IMG/VR virus record: IMGVR_UViG_2703719355_000019
Origin: a virus
Lineage: Duplodnaviria > Heunggongvirae > Uroviricota > Caudoviricetes
Reading direction: 5' to 3' (one strand)
Length of the DNA stretch: 33,139 nucleotides
Shown: piece by piece, positions 9,997 to 19,370 of the stretch
Layout: every line of letters starts with the position of its first letter
How positions within the stretch are numbered: position 1 is the stretch's first letter
Made by a program: the position numbers and the translations under genes
Notes under the pieces: model-generated
Seen by the model: the letters and a program-made list of their open reading frames with translations, nothing else
The model's database searches: none
What the model was told of the DNA's origin: nothing

Positions 9997-10367
9997 CCCG
10001 TCACCTTCCTGAGTGCAGCCATTTTGATATCAATTTTCGCTTCACTGTCGACGGTGTATTTCTCACCAACTTCAACAGTAAAGCAGTCCAGATAGGAGGT
10101 GCGCTTACCGCTGTTACTGAGCGGATAAATTGAGATTTTCACACCTTCCAGATTTTCCCAGTCCGGCTCGTTGGTATCAGGGATAACCGCCGAAACAGAA
10201 ATATCGTAGGTGGCAATGCCACGGGCAAAGCCTTTGGCCCTGCCGGTTTTGTTCATGGTCTTGACCAGCTTTCGCCCGGTGTTGATCTGAACATCAAAGT
10301 CGGTGATCTCGATTTCCTGGCTGTCCACCTCCAGCACAATCGAGCCGACATATTCTTTAATGGACAT
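9993..10367 (-). CDS. tail tube protein (Mu M-like)
   Basis: 124-aa ORF directly after the sheath gene. Confidence 0.85.
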   Translation of the reverse strand: MSIKEYVGSIVLEVDSQEIEITDFDVQINTGRKLVKTMNKTGRAKGFARGIATYDISVSAVIPDTNEPDWENLEGVKISIYPLSNSGKRTSYLDCFTVEVGEKYTVDSEAKIDIKMAALRKVTG

Positions 10368-10379
10368 TTACCGCGCTCC

Positions 10380-11801
10380 TTACAAAATCATGTCGATGCG
10401 ACCGGCAAACACATGCAGGCCGTTAACCACATCCGCCGGAACCACGCAGTCGAGACGGTTTGCATCTTTCCCGTTTCGTTGAACGCGCAGCTTTGCTTTG
10501 TTCGCTTCCACGTTCTCCAGAATTTCCGCTTCCTCCAGCTTGATCAGCACGTCATACAGTTCGCTTTCCACTTTTGCGATAGTGCGGGTGCTGAGTTTTT
10601 CGCGCGGGAAGCGAAGGCTGATGCGTTCGCGGCACGCCTTGCGGGTGTAGTCCAGCGTTCTGATGGACGTGATATCCAGTAACGAGACGTCAGTCACGCC
10701 CTGTGCGTTTACCGTGTACGTACTGACCGCACGCACAATCTGCACCGTGTTACCCGGGCCAACCTCAACCGGCGTCAGGCCGTTATGCAGGGCGTTTTCC
10801 TGCTCGTTACGGCTTTCACGCTGTGACATTGCGACCACATCCAGCCCGGACAGCGCCAGCGAGTTCAGCGGACGTGCCGGGTCTTCCTCGCCCGCCATCA
10901 CAGCGCCGTAGATGGCAGCCAGCACCGCCGGCAGCTTCACGGAGCCGCGATACCAGGGGACGGACACGCGCCCGCTGTTCACACCGGCTGCCAGGGTGAT
11001 CCCGTTTCCGAGACTCCCCGTCCAGCCCGCACAGCCAATCGCGCCACGCTGTTCCATCGCGTTCCCGGTTTTCTCCAGGTGCTGCTTCAGGGCGGCAAGG
11101 GCTGGCGCGGTACTGAACGGACAAATCAGAATGTTGTGACCGGCGGCAAAGACCGCATCCAGTGCGGGCTGAATATCCGGGTCCATTTCACCGTTCGCCA
11201 TCGGCGTGGCGCTCACGGTCAGACCACCTGCCGTGGTGGATGCTGACAGGGTGATGTCATTCCCCCAGGCACCTTTGGTCCGGGTGGTGACCGTCAGCTG
11301 AGAGGCTTCCGATTGGTATTCCCCCGTAACCAGAAGCGAAGGCGTCTGCGTCATTGCTTCCACCAGTGCCGGAATGATTTTCGACGGTCCATCACCGGTT
11401 TCCACATCCACCGAAACCTGCTCACCGGCAACCCATACCGACAGCGTGCCGCTGCTGATTGCCGTACCGTTGACGGTAACTGCGCCGGTTGCTGCCTTTC
11501 CTGCGCCACTGTCTGCAATACCAATAACATCCAGTTGCAGATAGCTGTTGGCATTAATGGCCGCGCGCGCCATTGCAGCGGCCAGCGAACCGGCCCCGAA
11601 ATACAAATCCGCTTCGTCTTCGGAATACACGGAAACGGCATTCAGGGGCGTGGCGGTGCCGCCTGACAGCATCGGGCCAATCACCAGAACACGCTGTTCG
11701 TTACCCGGCAGCGTGTTAACGGCCAGCCGGGTATTAAACTCAAAATGCACACCGGGCTTACGGATGCCGCCCGAAATGGTGTCAAACTGAATTTCACTCA
11801 T
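10380..11801 (-). CDS. tail sheath protein (Mu L-like)
   Basis: 473-aa ORF; size and position typical of contractile tail sheath. Confidence 0.9.
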   Translation of the reverse strand: MSEIQFDTISGGIRKPGVHFEFNTRLAVNTLPGNEQRVLVIGPMLSGGTATPLNAVSVYSEDEADLYFGAGSLAAAMARAAINANSYLQLDVIGIADSGAGKAATGAVTVNGTAISSGTLSVWVAGEQVSVDVETGDGPSKIIPALVEAMTQTPSLLVTGEYQSEASQLTVTTRTKGAWGNDITLSASTTAGGLTVSATPMANGEMDPDIQPALDAVFAAGHNILICPFSTAPALAALKQHLEKTGNAMEQRGAIGCAGWTGSLGNGITLAAGVNSGRVSVPWYRGSVKLPAVLAAIYGAVMAGEEDPARPLNSLALSGLDVVAMSQRESRNEQENALHNGLTPVEVGPGNTVQIVRAVSTYTVNAQGVTDVSLLDITSIRTLDYTRKACRERISLRFPREKLSTRTIAKVESELYDVLIKLEEAEILENVEANKAKLRVQRNGKDANRLDCVVPADVVNGLHVFAGRIDMIL

Positions 11802-12036
11802 CGGAATCCACCTGTTTCTCTCTCTTCGCCTTCGCTTTTACCTGCACGGCGTCCTGTTCAGCCGTCACGGTGGTTTCAGGCTCATCCTTCACCAGAATCA
11901 GGTCACCGTCCTGAACGGCGCGCCGGTAATAAGCGGTGTTCTCAACGGTCACCGCTTCCGTGGTGATGTATTTCCGGGCGTTATCCTCCATCGGGAACTT
12001 CATCCCGGGAGCCGCCTTAACCTTCATTTTGTTCAT
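11794..12036 (-). CDS. small conserved protein upstream of sheath (Mu gp38-like, DUF2635-like)
   Basis: 80-aa ORF whose end overlaps the sheath start. Confidence 0.6.
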   Translation of the reverse strand: MNKMKVKAAPGMKFPMEDNARKYITTEAVTVENTAYYRRAVQDGDLILVKDEPETTVTAEQDAVQVKAKAKREKQVDSDE

Positions 12037-12598
12037 GCTGTTGCTCTCTTAATTCATCCAGACCACAGATATCTGCGCCGTATTGCGTACCAATTCGCAG
12101 TAAATCCGGGTCAGGGTCTGACAGCCTGCCGTGGTAGCGGTTGAAGAGGCGATCCGCTTCTGCGCCACGCTCCGGCCATTTGCCGTTCTCCAGCGCGTGC
12201 TCCACCCAGCGGGTATCGAACTCACAGGCAAACACGGACATTGCCCGTTCTGCCACGCCGGTGTTAAACAGCGTCCTGACCCGCCCGGGTTCGAAATAAT
12301 CAATCTCCAGCCCCAAATCCTGACCGGTCAGCAGGCGACGGACGGATTCAACCAGCTGGTTTGTCCCGACTTCATCCCGGACAGTGCCTCCCTGTCTGGC
12401 GCTCTGTTCGCTGCGGGTGTTGTAATCACCCACCACAACCACAAAGCGTCCGGTGGCAATGTATTTCCGGCGTGACGTGGAATAGCGTTCGGTTTTCACG
12501 ATGCCGCCGAACGTCACCCAGGCTGCCGGAAGGCTGCGAACAATCCGGCCCGGGTCTTCATCCAGTTCACCGGCATAGGTGCGGACATCCTGCACCAT
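12017..12598 (-). CDS. Mu gp37-like protein (DUF1834-like)
   Basis: 193-aa ORF in the head-tail joining block. Confidence 0.7.
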   Translation of the reverse strand: MVQDVRTYAGELDEDPGRIVRSLPAAWVTFGGIVKTERYSTSRRKYIATGRFVVVVGDYNTRSEQSARQGGTVRDEVGTNQLVESVRRLLTGQDLGLEIDYFEPGRVRTLFNTGVAERAMSVFACEFDTRWVEHALENGKWPERGAEADRLFNRYHGRLSDPDPDLLRIGTQYGADICGLDELREQQHEQNEG

Positions 12599-12651
12599 AT
12601 GCCCCAGACCACAGCGCAGACGCTCAACCAGCGCCCGTTCAATGTCAGTAA

Positions 12652-13083
12652 TCAGAATGCACCTCCCCGCGTGGACTCACGCCCGAACTGACGGGAGCCG
12701 GAGCGGATACGCACCTGTGACGATGACTGGATCACGCTGCCGGACGTATCCCGTCCGAGGTTGATTTGTCCTGCCGCGACTTTCTCCAGAAAGCGGATGG
12801 CATCCCGGTAGCGCATCTGAATTTCTTCTGAGCAGATACGGTAATCGGTCGCCAGGTTATAACGGGCGATATCGCAGCAGTAACCCACCAGAATCCCCGG
12901 GCTGTCAGGCCACGGGGTCCGGTAACGCCCCACCAGATAGCCATCAATCTGGGCACTGGCACGCGCAAGCGCGGAGGCCAGCTTTTCTTCGTCGATGAAT
13001 CCTGTCATGTCTTCATCCGTCAGTGTGCGTGCCTCGCGTTCACTGAACGCCCTGATGAACTGTTCCGGTGTGGCGTAAGACAT
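12652..13083 (-). CDS. Mu gp36-like protein (DUF1320-like)
   Basis: 143-aa ORF; position after the major head and HI1506-like genes. Confidence 0.7.
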   Translation of the reverse strand: MSYATPEQFIRAFSEREARTLTDEDMTGFIDEEKLASALARASAQIDGYLVGRYRTPWPDSPGILVGYCCDIARYNLATDYRICSEEIQMRYRDAIRFLEKVAAGQINLGRDTSGSVIQSSSQVRIRSGSRQFGRESTRGGAF

Positions 13084-13086
13084 GGG

Positions 13087-13428
13087 TTACTTCTCCTTTT
13101 TGTCCGCTTTTTGTGTTTTCTGTGCGGCGTTCAGCTGTGCGGTCAGTTCACTGACTTTCTGGCGTTCTTCTTCCAGCTGCGCCGTCAGTTCGCTGACTTT
13201 CTGGCGTTCGGCATCCAGCTGTGCGACCAGCTCATCACCCCGGGCTGCGTCGTTCTGGCCGGACGCTTTATCGCGCTCGACCACAATCAGCATGGGGTCA
13301 GCCTTCAGCACCGCCAGCTGTTCTGGGGTGAACGCATCCGCAGGCCATTCCTTCGTGGTTGCGCTGTGTGCCACACCGCAGCGGCGAAAACCCTCACGGC
13401 GGGCGGTAATCTCAATCACTTTTGCCAT
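13087..13428 (-). CDS. HI1506-like (FluMu N-terminal domain-like) protein with repeat-encoded coiled-coil tail
   Basis: 113-aa ORF; C-terminal half contains duplicated ELTAQLEEERQKVS units encoded by tandem 42-bp repeats. Confidence 0.6.
   Translation of the reverse strand: MAKVIEITARREGFRRCGVAHSATTKEWPADAFTPEQLAVLKADPMLIVVERDKASGQNDAARGDELVAQLDAERQKVSELTAQLEEERQKVSELTAQLNAAQKTQKADKKEK
13132..13236 (-). repeat. tandem 42-bp direct repeat (2.5 copies) inside the HI1506-like CDS
   Basis: Units at 13132-13173 and 13174-13215 plus a half copy 13216-13236; in-frame (14 codons per unit). Confidence 0.85.
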
Positions 13429-13430
13429 CC

Positions 13431-14339
13431 TTATTCCTCCGTACCGTCAGAGCCAAATGCCATCTGCCAGAAGCCGTAACCGCCGTTACAGCGCGCTTCG
13501 GCACCAAACAGGAACTTCTTACGCTTGAACACGTTGTCGCTGTTGTAGTCCGTCTGCTCCACAAAAACAGGCTTTTTACGTAGCTGATAAATCAGCGGTT
13601 TCACCGGTTTGGTGGTGTCAAACAGGAACCACGCAGAATCCGACGCCAGCTCCGGCATCACCAGCACTTCGGCGGTATTGCGGTACGGGTTCGGCGTGCC
13701 GTCCGGGAACTTCTCGGCGGTCATCAGGTAGTTCGCGTCATCCTCCAGCGCCGGTGGCACAACCAGCAGATTCGGGCGAATTTTGAGGGATGCGCCTTCG
13801 TCATCTTTCAGACTACGCATGGCCGTACGGGCGGCACCGTAGGAGGCTTTCGCCTCGGCAAGCGAGCCAACTTTGAGTTTTTTGGTGCCCCTGTTGGACA
13901 CCGATTTACCGGCGACCAGGTGGTCGGTATCAAAGAACATCTGACCGTCGTAACATGGATTGATAAAACCGTTACTGATAAGGGACGCCACAATATCTGC
14001 CGGTAGCTCTGCTGCCGACTGTCCGGCTCCTTTCGCCTGAAGGGCATAGCCCATAATCTGGTCGTCCTCGATGTCGTTACGATCGACTTCAACCGTGGCT
14101 TCCCAGTCCTTGTTACGGATGGTGTAGTTAAATGCCGCCAGTGATTTGACGACCTTGTCACCAATCCACTCGCGCATTTTCGGGAAACGACTTAACCAGC
14201 TGTAGTCGTTTTCCTTGCCGTTTGATGGCACTTCCATTGCCACCTTCTGCCAGTCAGTTGGCGACTGGTCGAAGGCTTTCTGGAAGGTGGCCTTCAGATT
14301 GATAAAAATCTGTTTGACGTTTTTAACGTTGACTAACAC
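13431..14339 (-). CDS. major head subunit (Mu T-like)
   Basis: Start set at GTG 14339-14337, preceded by AAGGAG with a 6-nt spacer overlapping the stop of the upstream gene; the ORF-track start at 14381 is an alternative. Confidence 0.85.
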   Translation of the reverse strand: MLVNVKNVKQIFINLKATFQKAFDQSPTDWQKVAMEVPSNGKENDYSWLSRFPKMREWIGDKVVKSLAAFNYTIRNKDWEATVEVDRNDIEDDQIMGYALQAKGAGQSAAELPADIVASLISNGFINPCYDGQMFFDTDHLVAGKSVSNRGTKKLKVGSLAEAKASYGAARTAMRSLKDDEGASLKIRPNLLVVPPALEDDANYLMTAEKFPDGTPNPYRNTAEVLVMPELASDSAWFLFDTTKPVKPLIYQLRKKPVFVEQTDYNSDNVFKRKKFLFGAEARCNGGYGFWQMAFGSDGTEE

Positions 14340-14349
14340 GTTTTGCTCC

Positions 14350-14745
14350 TTAACTGAAATAAACCCAGACGCCATCGCCACAGATGCCGATCACTTTCCC
14401 GGCGACAGGACGGGCGCTGCTGTTGTCGGTTTTTGCCACGGTCACGCTGTCTTCCACGTAGCACAGCTTGCCGACCTGCGATTGTGTGACCGGGTCTGAG
14501 GTGCTGTTCGCCATCAGAAAGGCTTTGCCGCAACGCACCAGAACGGTGACATCACCATCGCTGCCGGTGCTGTTATCCGCCCAGCCATCAGACACGCCCA
14601 GCGTAATCTGTGAGGCCGTGGCACTGGCCGGAACGGCATAACCGGATGCGTTAACGGCCACCATATGACCGCCAAAAATTTCGGTCGCAGCGGCAACCGG
14701 CACCGGGTTCAGCTCGCCGTCACGGTAGGGGGTATTGCGATCCAT
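14350..14745 (-). CDS. small head-associated protein between protease/scaffold and major head genes
   Basis: 131-aa ORF, TAA stop at 14352-14350; located between the I-like and T-like genes. Confidence 0.55.
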   Translation of the reverse strand: MDRNTPYRDGELNPVPVAAATEIFGGHMVAVNASGYAVPASATASQITLGVSDGWADNSTGSDGDVTVLVRCGKAFLMANSTSDPVTQSQVGKLCYVEDSVTVAKTDNSSARPVAGKVIGICGDGVWVYFS

Positions 14746-15915
14746 TTACTTATCTCCTGCGTAACGGGCGACATCCTCTGGATCAACGCCCATCATTGAA
14801 CAAATGGCGATATCGACATCAACGTCATCGCCGGTTTTAATCTGCGCCGGAGCCGGTGACGGCGTTTTGGGTGGTTTGCCGCCGGTCTGGGTGCTGCTGA
14901 GTGCGGCAAGCGGGGTGGTTTTATCCAGCCAGGTTTTAAAACCGTTAATATCGCGACGAGCGTAATCTTTCGCCCAGTCTTCCAGCGTCGGAAGCAGTCG
15001 CCCGTCAGACAGCGCCGCCTGAATCAGTGCCCCGGCTTCGGCCTCACCGGACTGTTGCGCCAGTACGGCATAACGCCCCTGAAGTTCTTCATATGCCGTC
15101 AGAGGAATATGCTTCGTCGGGTCATAGGCATTTGCTGACAGGCTGGCGATTTGCTCGTCTTTCTGATTCAGCAGGGTCAGCAGGCTGACGGATGCCGCCG
15201 CCGTTCCCTGACCGTTCGAAATCATGTCAACGACCTTTTGCAGCTCGTTTTTGATATCTTCCGCCGTTGAGGTAACCGGGAGGTTAAGCATCCAGCGCAG
15301 ACTGGACAGCAAATCGTTTAACAGTTCTTCATCCACCGTTGTGGTCTCCGTTTCAGTTGACAGACTCGCCAGACGGCTGGCCGCAGCCAGCATGACTGCA
15401 TCCATACCGTCCAGCGCCGGGGTATTGGTCAGCGCAGCATGTAACAGCTCCAGCACTTCGCCGCGCTTGTTGTAGGCAAAAACAGGGGAAATAAATTTGT
15501 ACTCACCGGCGGCAATCATGGCCGCCGCGTTCTCCGTCCACTCCACACCAGTGGCATACAGGCCCGCACCTTCTCGCCATTCCACCTGGCTGAACCAGCC
15601 CGCCGCCGGGGCGGGCTTGCCGTTGTTTACGGCGCGCAGCGTCTGATGTTCGTAATCAATGACAAAAGGCGTGGTACGGGCGGCCACCTGTGCGACAATC
15701 TGCGCGGCCAGTTCAGTGGTCAGCACCCATTTACCGCTTTCGACTTCATCGGTATGTGGGCGACCATCCACCGCGCTGAACTCGCCCGCCGGAAACAGCT
15801 GGATTTCGCTGTGGGTTGCTTTGGTAATTTCGAGGCTTAACGCCGCAATGTTCATCTTCATACGCGGCATGATGACGGAAGGGGAACACGGGGTACTGTG
15901 GAGGGGGTTCAGCAC
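14746..15915 (-). CDS. head protease/scaffold protein (Mu I-like)
   Basis: 389-aa ORF; track start is GTG at 15915; internal ATGs at 15870, 15861 and 15855 are alternative starts. Confidence 0.8.
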   Translation of the reverse strand: MLNPLHSTPCSPSVIMPRMKMNIAALSLEITKATHSEIQLFPAGEFSAVDGRPHTDEVESGKWVLTTELAAQIVAQVAARTTPFVIDYEHQTLRAVNNGKPAPAAGWFSQVEWREGAGLYATGVEWTENAAAMIAAGEYKFISPVFAYNKRGEVLELLHAALTNTPALDGMDAVMLAAASRLASLSTETETTTVDEELLNDLLSSLRWMLNLPVTSTAEDIKNELQKVVDMISNGQGTAAASVSLLTLLNQKDEQIASLSANAYDPTKHIPLTAYEELQGRYAVLAQQSGEAEAGALIQAALSDGRLLPTLEDWAKDYARRDINGFKTWLDKTTPLAALSSTQTGGKPPKTPSPAPAQIKTGDDVDVDIAICSMMGVDPEDVARYAGDK

Positions 15916-15953
15916 CCTGCCATAACGGGAAAGGATAAAAGGGGAAATAAAAC

Positions 15954-15978
15954 CGTTTTTAAAACCCTTTTAAAAACG
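15954..15978. repeat. perfect 11-bp inverted repeat CGTTTTTAAAA-CCC-TTTTAAAAACG in the G-I intergenic region
   Basis: Read directly; a second inverted repeat GCCTCAT-CC-ATGAGGC lies at 16014-16029. Confidence 0.6.
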
Positions 15979-16070
15979 ATTCTGACGATATTTATGGGGT
16001 ATGGTGCTGTTATGCCTCATCCATGAGGCGTTTATGCTTTCACAGGCGATTACAGCGCGTTTCTGGCCAT

Positions 16071-16622
16071 TCAGTCAATCACACGCGCAAAATAGCGGTT
16101 TGCGGTGTTCTCCAGCTCGTCGATGTCGTCCTGTACAAGCTGAAGGAAGGGGCGCGCGGGCATGTTGACCGTATACGCTCCGACCGTTGCGCTCTGTACA
16201 AAATTACTGTTGCGCTTTTTCACAAAGCGGGTGCTGACGCTGCCGTTTTTGTACTGTTTAAAATACAGGTTCTGCGTCCGTGCCTGATGGCGGATTTCGC
16301 CGCCTTCGTTGTGGATACGGGCATAACGGACGTTTGTCCCGACCGTGGCCTCGTTATTGTTAACCGCAGAGCGGATACTGGCAGCCAGTCGCCCGGACTT
16401 CTGAAGGATTTGCCCGGGGCCGCGTCGCTTCGCATAAGCCGGACTCCAGCCCATCCATTTCGGGCGACCCTGTTGTTCAAAGTTAGTCTCAACCGCATCC
16501 AGCATGGAACCCGCAAGCGCTGTCATCAGGTCGCGCCGGTCCTTCACGGAACGAATCAGTTTCCCCAGCGTGGTGTTATACGCGCTTAAATCAATCTTAA
16601 TATCCAGTTTACCGCTGCTCAT
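16071..16622 (-). CDS. virion morphogenesis protein (Mu G-like)
   Basis: 183-aa ORF directly after the F-like gene with ATGA-type overlap. Confidence 0.8.
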   Translation of the reverse strand: MSSGKLDIKIDLSAYNTTLGKLIRSVKDRRDLMTALAGSMLDAVETNFEQQGRPKWMGWSPAYAKRRGPGQILQKSGRLAASIRSAVNNNEATVGTNVRYARIHNEGGEIRHQARTQNLYFKQYKNGSVSTRFVKKRNSNFVQSATVGAYTVNMPARPFLQLVQDDIDELENTANRYFARVID

Positions 16623-17785
16623 GATGCCTCCGGGGTGTCCTGCATAACCCAGTCTGTCAGCACGTCATCCTCAACCGTCACCACCGACCAGCGGTCGCCT
16701 GACTGTAACGCATACCGCCACGCGTTACCGTCCTGCGTGACATGCTCCGCCCGTTCGATGGTCTGCTGCATCAGCGCATAGTCGGCGGCAGTCGGGGGTG
16801 TGTCTGCTGCACTGAGGCGCTTCATGACGTCAGCCGTAAGGTTTACCGTCTGCCGTGCAGCGCCCGTGGCGGCGACCTGTTCCGGTGAACGGATGGCCAG
16901 CGGATATCGCTGGCGCGCATCCAGTTCGCTGACGTTCGCCAGCCCCCGTGCAAAATCCGGCCCGGTCAGGGTGCCGGTGACATACTGGCGGGCGCTGCGG
17001 TAATCGTATTTTTCCAGTTCCGGCTGCCATGCCACCCGACCGGGATTAAATCCGAAGCCCGGGTCGGCGGTATACACGGAACCGTCCGGCATCTTCAGCC
17101 CCATTGTTCTGATGGTCTGGCCCGGCTGGCCATATTCCTGTTCAACCTCAACCAGTCGCCCCTCGCTGCTCTGCACCGTCAGGCCATATTTCTCCACATC
17201 AGACGCCGAACGCGCACGGATACGGCAGCGGCATCCGTATCCGTCCGGCGCGTAGAAATACTCCCAGACAGGGTCATCCGCCCGGGCGGTAAAACCGTTC
17301 AGGGCGGCGTGTTTCGGGCGGGTGTGAAGGTCCATCACCGCCACGCGCTCAAAATAAGGCCGGTCAGCCACATTCGCCATCTGTTGCTGATAACGTCCGG
17401 CGTTGTAGGACGACTGAATGTTGGTATCAAATATCGTGCGCAACCGGCGTGGCGTCAGCTGTCTGCCGTGCAGTTCGCCGGTGTCCTCGTCCACAATCAG
17501 TTTTTTACCCAGCCAGCCTTTTGATTCCAGCAGTGGTTCCAGTTGTGCAGCAAACTCCCGGAACGTCCCGCCGTCAGCCAGTGCCGCCGTCAGGCCATCA
17601 CGGATATCCTTCAGCACATCCAGTTTCAGCACACCCGCCACCGTGAACGCCCGGGCGTTGGCGATGTCCTTCACATCGTGCCAGCGGAAGCCGATAACGT
17701 ACCCCTTGCTTTCGAAATACTTGATCGCTTCTTCCGGTTTCAGGGTGTACGCATATCCCAGGTCAACATCGTCAGCTTTCGGCAT
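16619..17785 (-). CDS. head morphogenesis protein (Mu F-like)
   Basis: 388-aa ORF directly after the portal gene. Confidence 0.85.
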   Translation of the reverse strand: MPKADDVDLGYAYTLKPEEAIKYFESKGYVIGFRWHDVKDIANARAFTVAGVLKLDVLKDIRDGLTAALADGGTFREFAAQLEPLLESKGWLGKKLIVDEDTGELHGRQLTPRRLRTIFDTNIQSSYNAGRYQQQMANVADRPYFERVAVMDLHTRPKHAALNGFTARADDPVWEYFYAPDGYGCRCRIRARSASDVEKYGLTVQSSEGRLVEVEQEYGQPGQTIRTMGLKMPDGSVYTADPGFGFNPGRVAWQPELEKYDYRSARQYVTGTLTGPDFARGLANVSELDARQRYPLAIRSPEQVAATGAARQTVNLTADVMKRLSAADTPPTAADYALMQQTIERAEHVTQDGNAWRYALQSGDRWSVVTVEDDVLTDWVMQDTPEAS

Positions 17786-19367
17786 TCAGTCGCCCCCAGA
17801 TATCCGCCACAAAGAATGCCTGTGTCAGCAACTGCCGCAGCGTTTCATCCGGCAGTTCCGGCCATGCTTCCGCCAGTACGTTCATGGCCTCGTCTGCATC
17901 CCGGCCTTCCTGTATGGCCTGCACCAGCGGGGCCACCAGTTCGTTCATCCCCTGCGCGATGGCCTCTGCCGGAAGTTCTGCCCGGTCGATGGCGCGTTGT
18001 GCCGGGTCGTCCTCCCCGTTGTCCTGCTGACTGAGTGCGACGACATTCAGCCGCTCACGCAACTGGCTGAGGCCCGCCTGCACAGGGAGACGCTGTGCCA
18101 CCGGCACCAGTACCTCTTCGCCGTCTTTCGGGGTGGGGATACCGGTTTTTTTGCGTACCCACGACGCCGGGATATCCTTCATCCCCACATTGTTGAGCAG
18201 CACGCTGACGGCATCCGCCACGCCCTTAATGTCGGCTTCCTGCTGCACATCAAACACCAGTCGCGGAAGACGGCGTGACGGGATATCCTGCCAGCCGTTG
18301 AGACTGGCCATCATCTGTATCAGACTGCTGAACATGCCGGACAGCTGGCGTGCATCAGCGGTCAGAATGTCGTGCCGGACCTCGTTATGCACATTACCCA
18401 GTGCGTTGGTGGAGGTTTTACCGTCGGCCTGGCTGGTCAGCGTACTGCCCAGAATCACTTTTGAGGTGGTACGCTCCGCCCATTCCACCATCGACATGAA
18501 CGCCTCCGGTCCGCCGGATGCGGCTTCCTTGAACTCGATTTCGTTACCCTGCGGCAGGGCTGCCACCGCTTCATGCCCCAGATTGACCAGCGCCTCAAGA
18601 ATGTTATCCCGGTCTTCGTCACTGGTGCCCTGTGCATAGTAGGCAATGCGCGCCGGAAGGCCGTAAATCTCCAGAAATTCCGCCATATCACGCAGCGCAA
18701 AGTTTTTAAACAGATACGGCCAGACCAGTACGCGGAACAGGCCGGATGAACCCAGGAACCCCGACCGGGCGTTGTAACGGTGAACCAGCCAGCCGAATGG
18801 CCACAATGCGGAACCGTCCTTACCGTCTTCCCCACGGTTGCCGTCATCCAGCCGGAGTTCGTCATTGTGTTCCGGCAGGGTAATAAACCAGTTATGCGGG
18901 CGCAGCGTCACCGCATCCGGTAACCACGTTTTATCCACGAACGCCCAGCTGATTTCCTGACAGCTGAAGCCGTAACCGACACTGCTCATCCCGTTGAGGA
19001 TGATGTCCTCCATATCCGGGATACCGTGCAGCCACTCATCCACGGCGGCGGCCAGCTCCTTTTCTGCCTTCGAGGCATTGCGGGGCGGCTCCACCGACCA
19101 GTCCAGCGTCAGCAACGCTTTTTTGCGCTTTTCCATCTCGGCGAACAGATGGCCGTCACGTTCTTCCATATCCGCAAACAGCATCGCCTGCGCCGGAAGA
19201 TAACCGCGTTCGGCAGCTTCCAGAATGCGCGGCAGTTTTCTGATGTTCAGACCACGGGACGGGTGGTCGGGATAAATGCGCAGCCGTTCCGCCACTCTGA
19301 CCGACTGCGTGGTTTTGAGTGCCTCACGTTTCAGCGGGCGTCCGTAAATATCAACAAGCTGTGCCAT
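17772..19367 (-). CDS. portal protein (Mu gp29-like)
   Basis: 531-aa ORF following the large terminase; ATG 3 nt after the terminase stop. Confidence 0.9.
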   Translation of the reverse strand: MAQLVDIYGRPLKREALKTTQSVRVAERLRIYPDHPSRGLNIRKLPRILEAAERGYLPAQAMLFADMEERDGHLFAEMEKRKKALLTLDWSVEPPRNASKAEKELAAAVDEWLHGIPDMEDIILNGMSSVGYGFSCQEISWAFVDKTWLPDAVTLRPHNWFITLPEHNDELRLDDGNRGEDGKDGSALWPFGWLVHRYNARSGFLGSSGLFRVLVWPYLFKNFALRDMAEFLEIYGLPARIAYYAQGTSDEDRDNILEALVNLGHEAVAALPQGNEIEFKEAASGGPEAFMSMVEWAERTTSKVILGSTLTSQADGKTSTNALGNVHNEVRHDILTADARQLSGMFSSLIQMMASLNGWQDIPSRRLPRLVFDVQQEADIKGVADAVSVLLNNVGMKDIPASWVRKKTGIPTPKDGEEVLVPVAQRLPVQAGLSQLRERLNVVALSQQDNGEDDPAQRAIDRAELPAEAIAQGMNELVAPLVQAIQEGRDADEAMNVLAEAWPELPDETLRQLLTQAFFVADIWGRLNAES

Positions 19368-19370
19368 TAA

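Noticed and set aside
13132-13236. CRISPR-like array suspected from tandem repeats
   Set aside because: Repeats are contiguous 42-bp in-frame coding units with no spacers; no CRISPR array anywhere in the window.
15916-16070. Anti-CRISPR locus between G-like and I-like genes, as in Pseudomonas Mu-like phages
   Set aside because: The gap is only 155 bp and contains no ORF, only palindromes.
17418-18278. Plus-strand 286-aa ORF spanning the F/portal junction
   Set aside because: Antisense to two conserved minus-strand genes; Ser/Pro/Arg-rich; no independent support.
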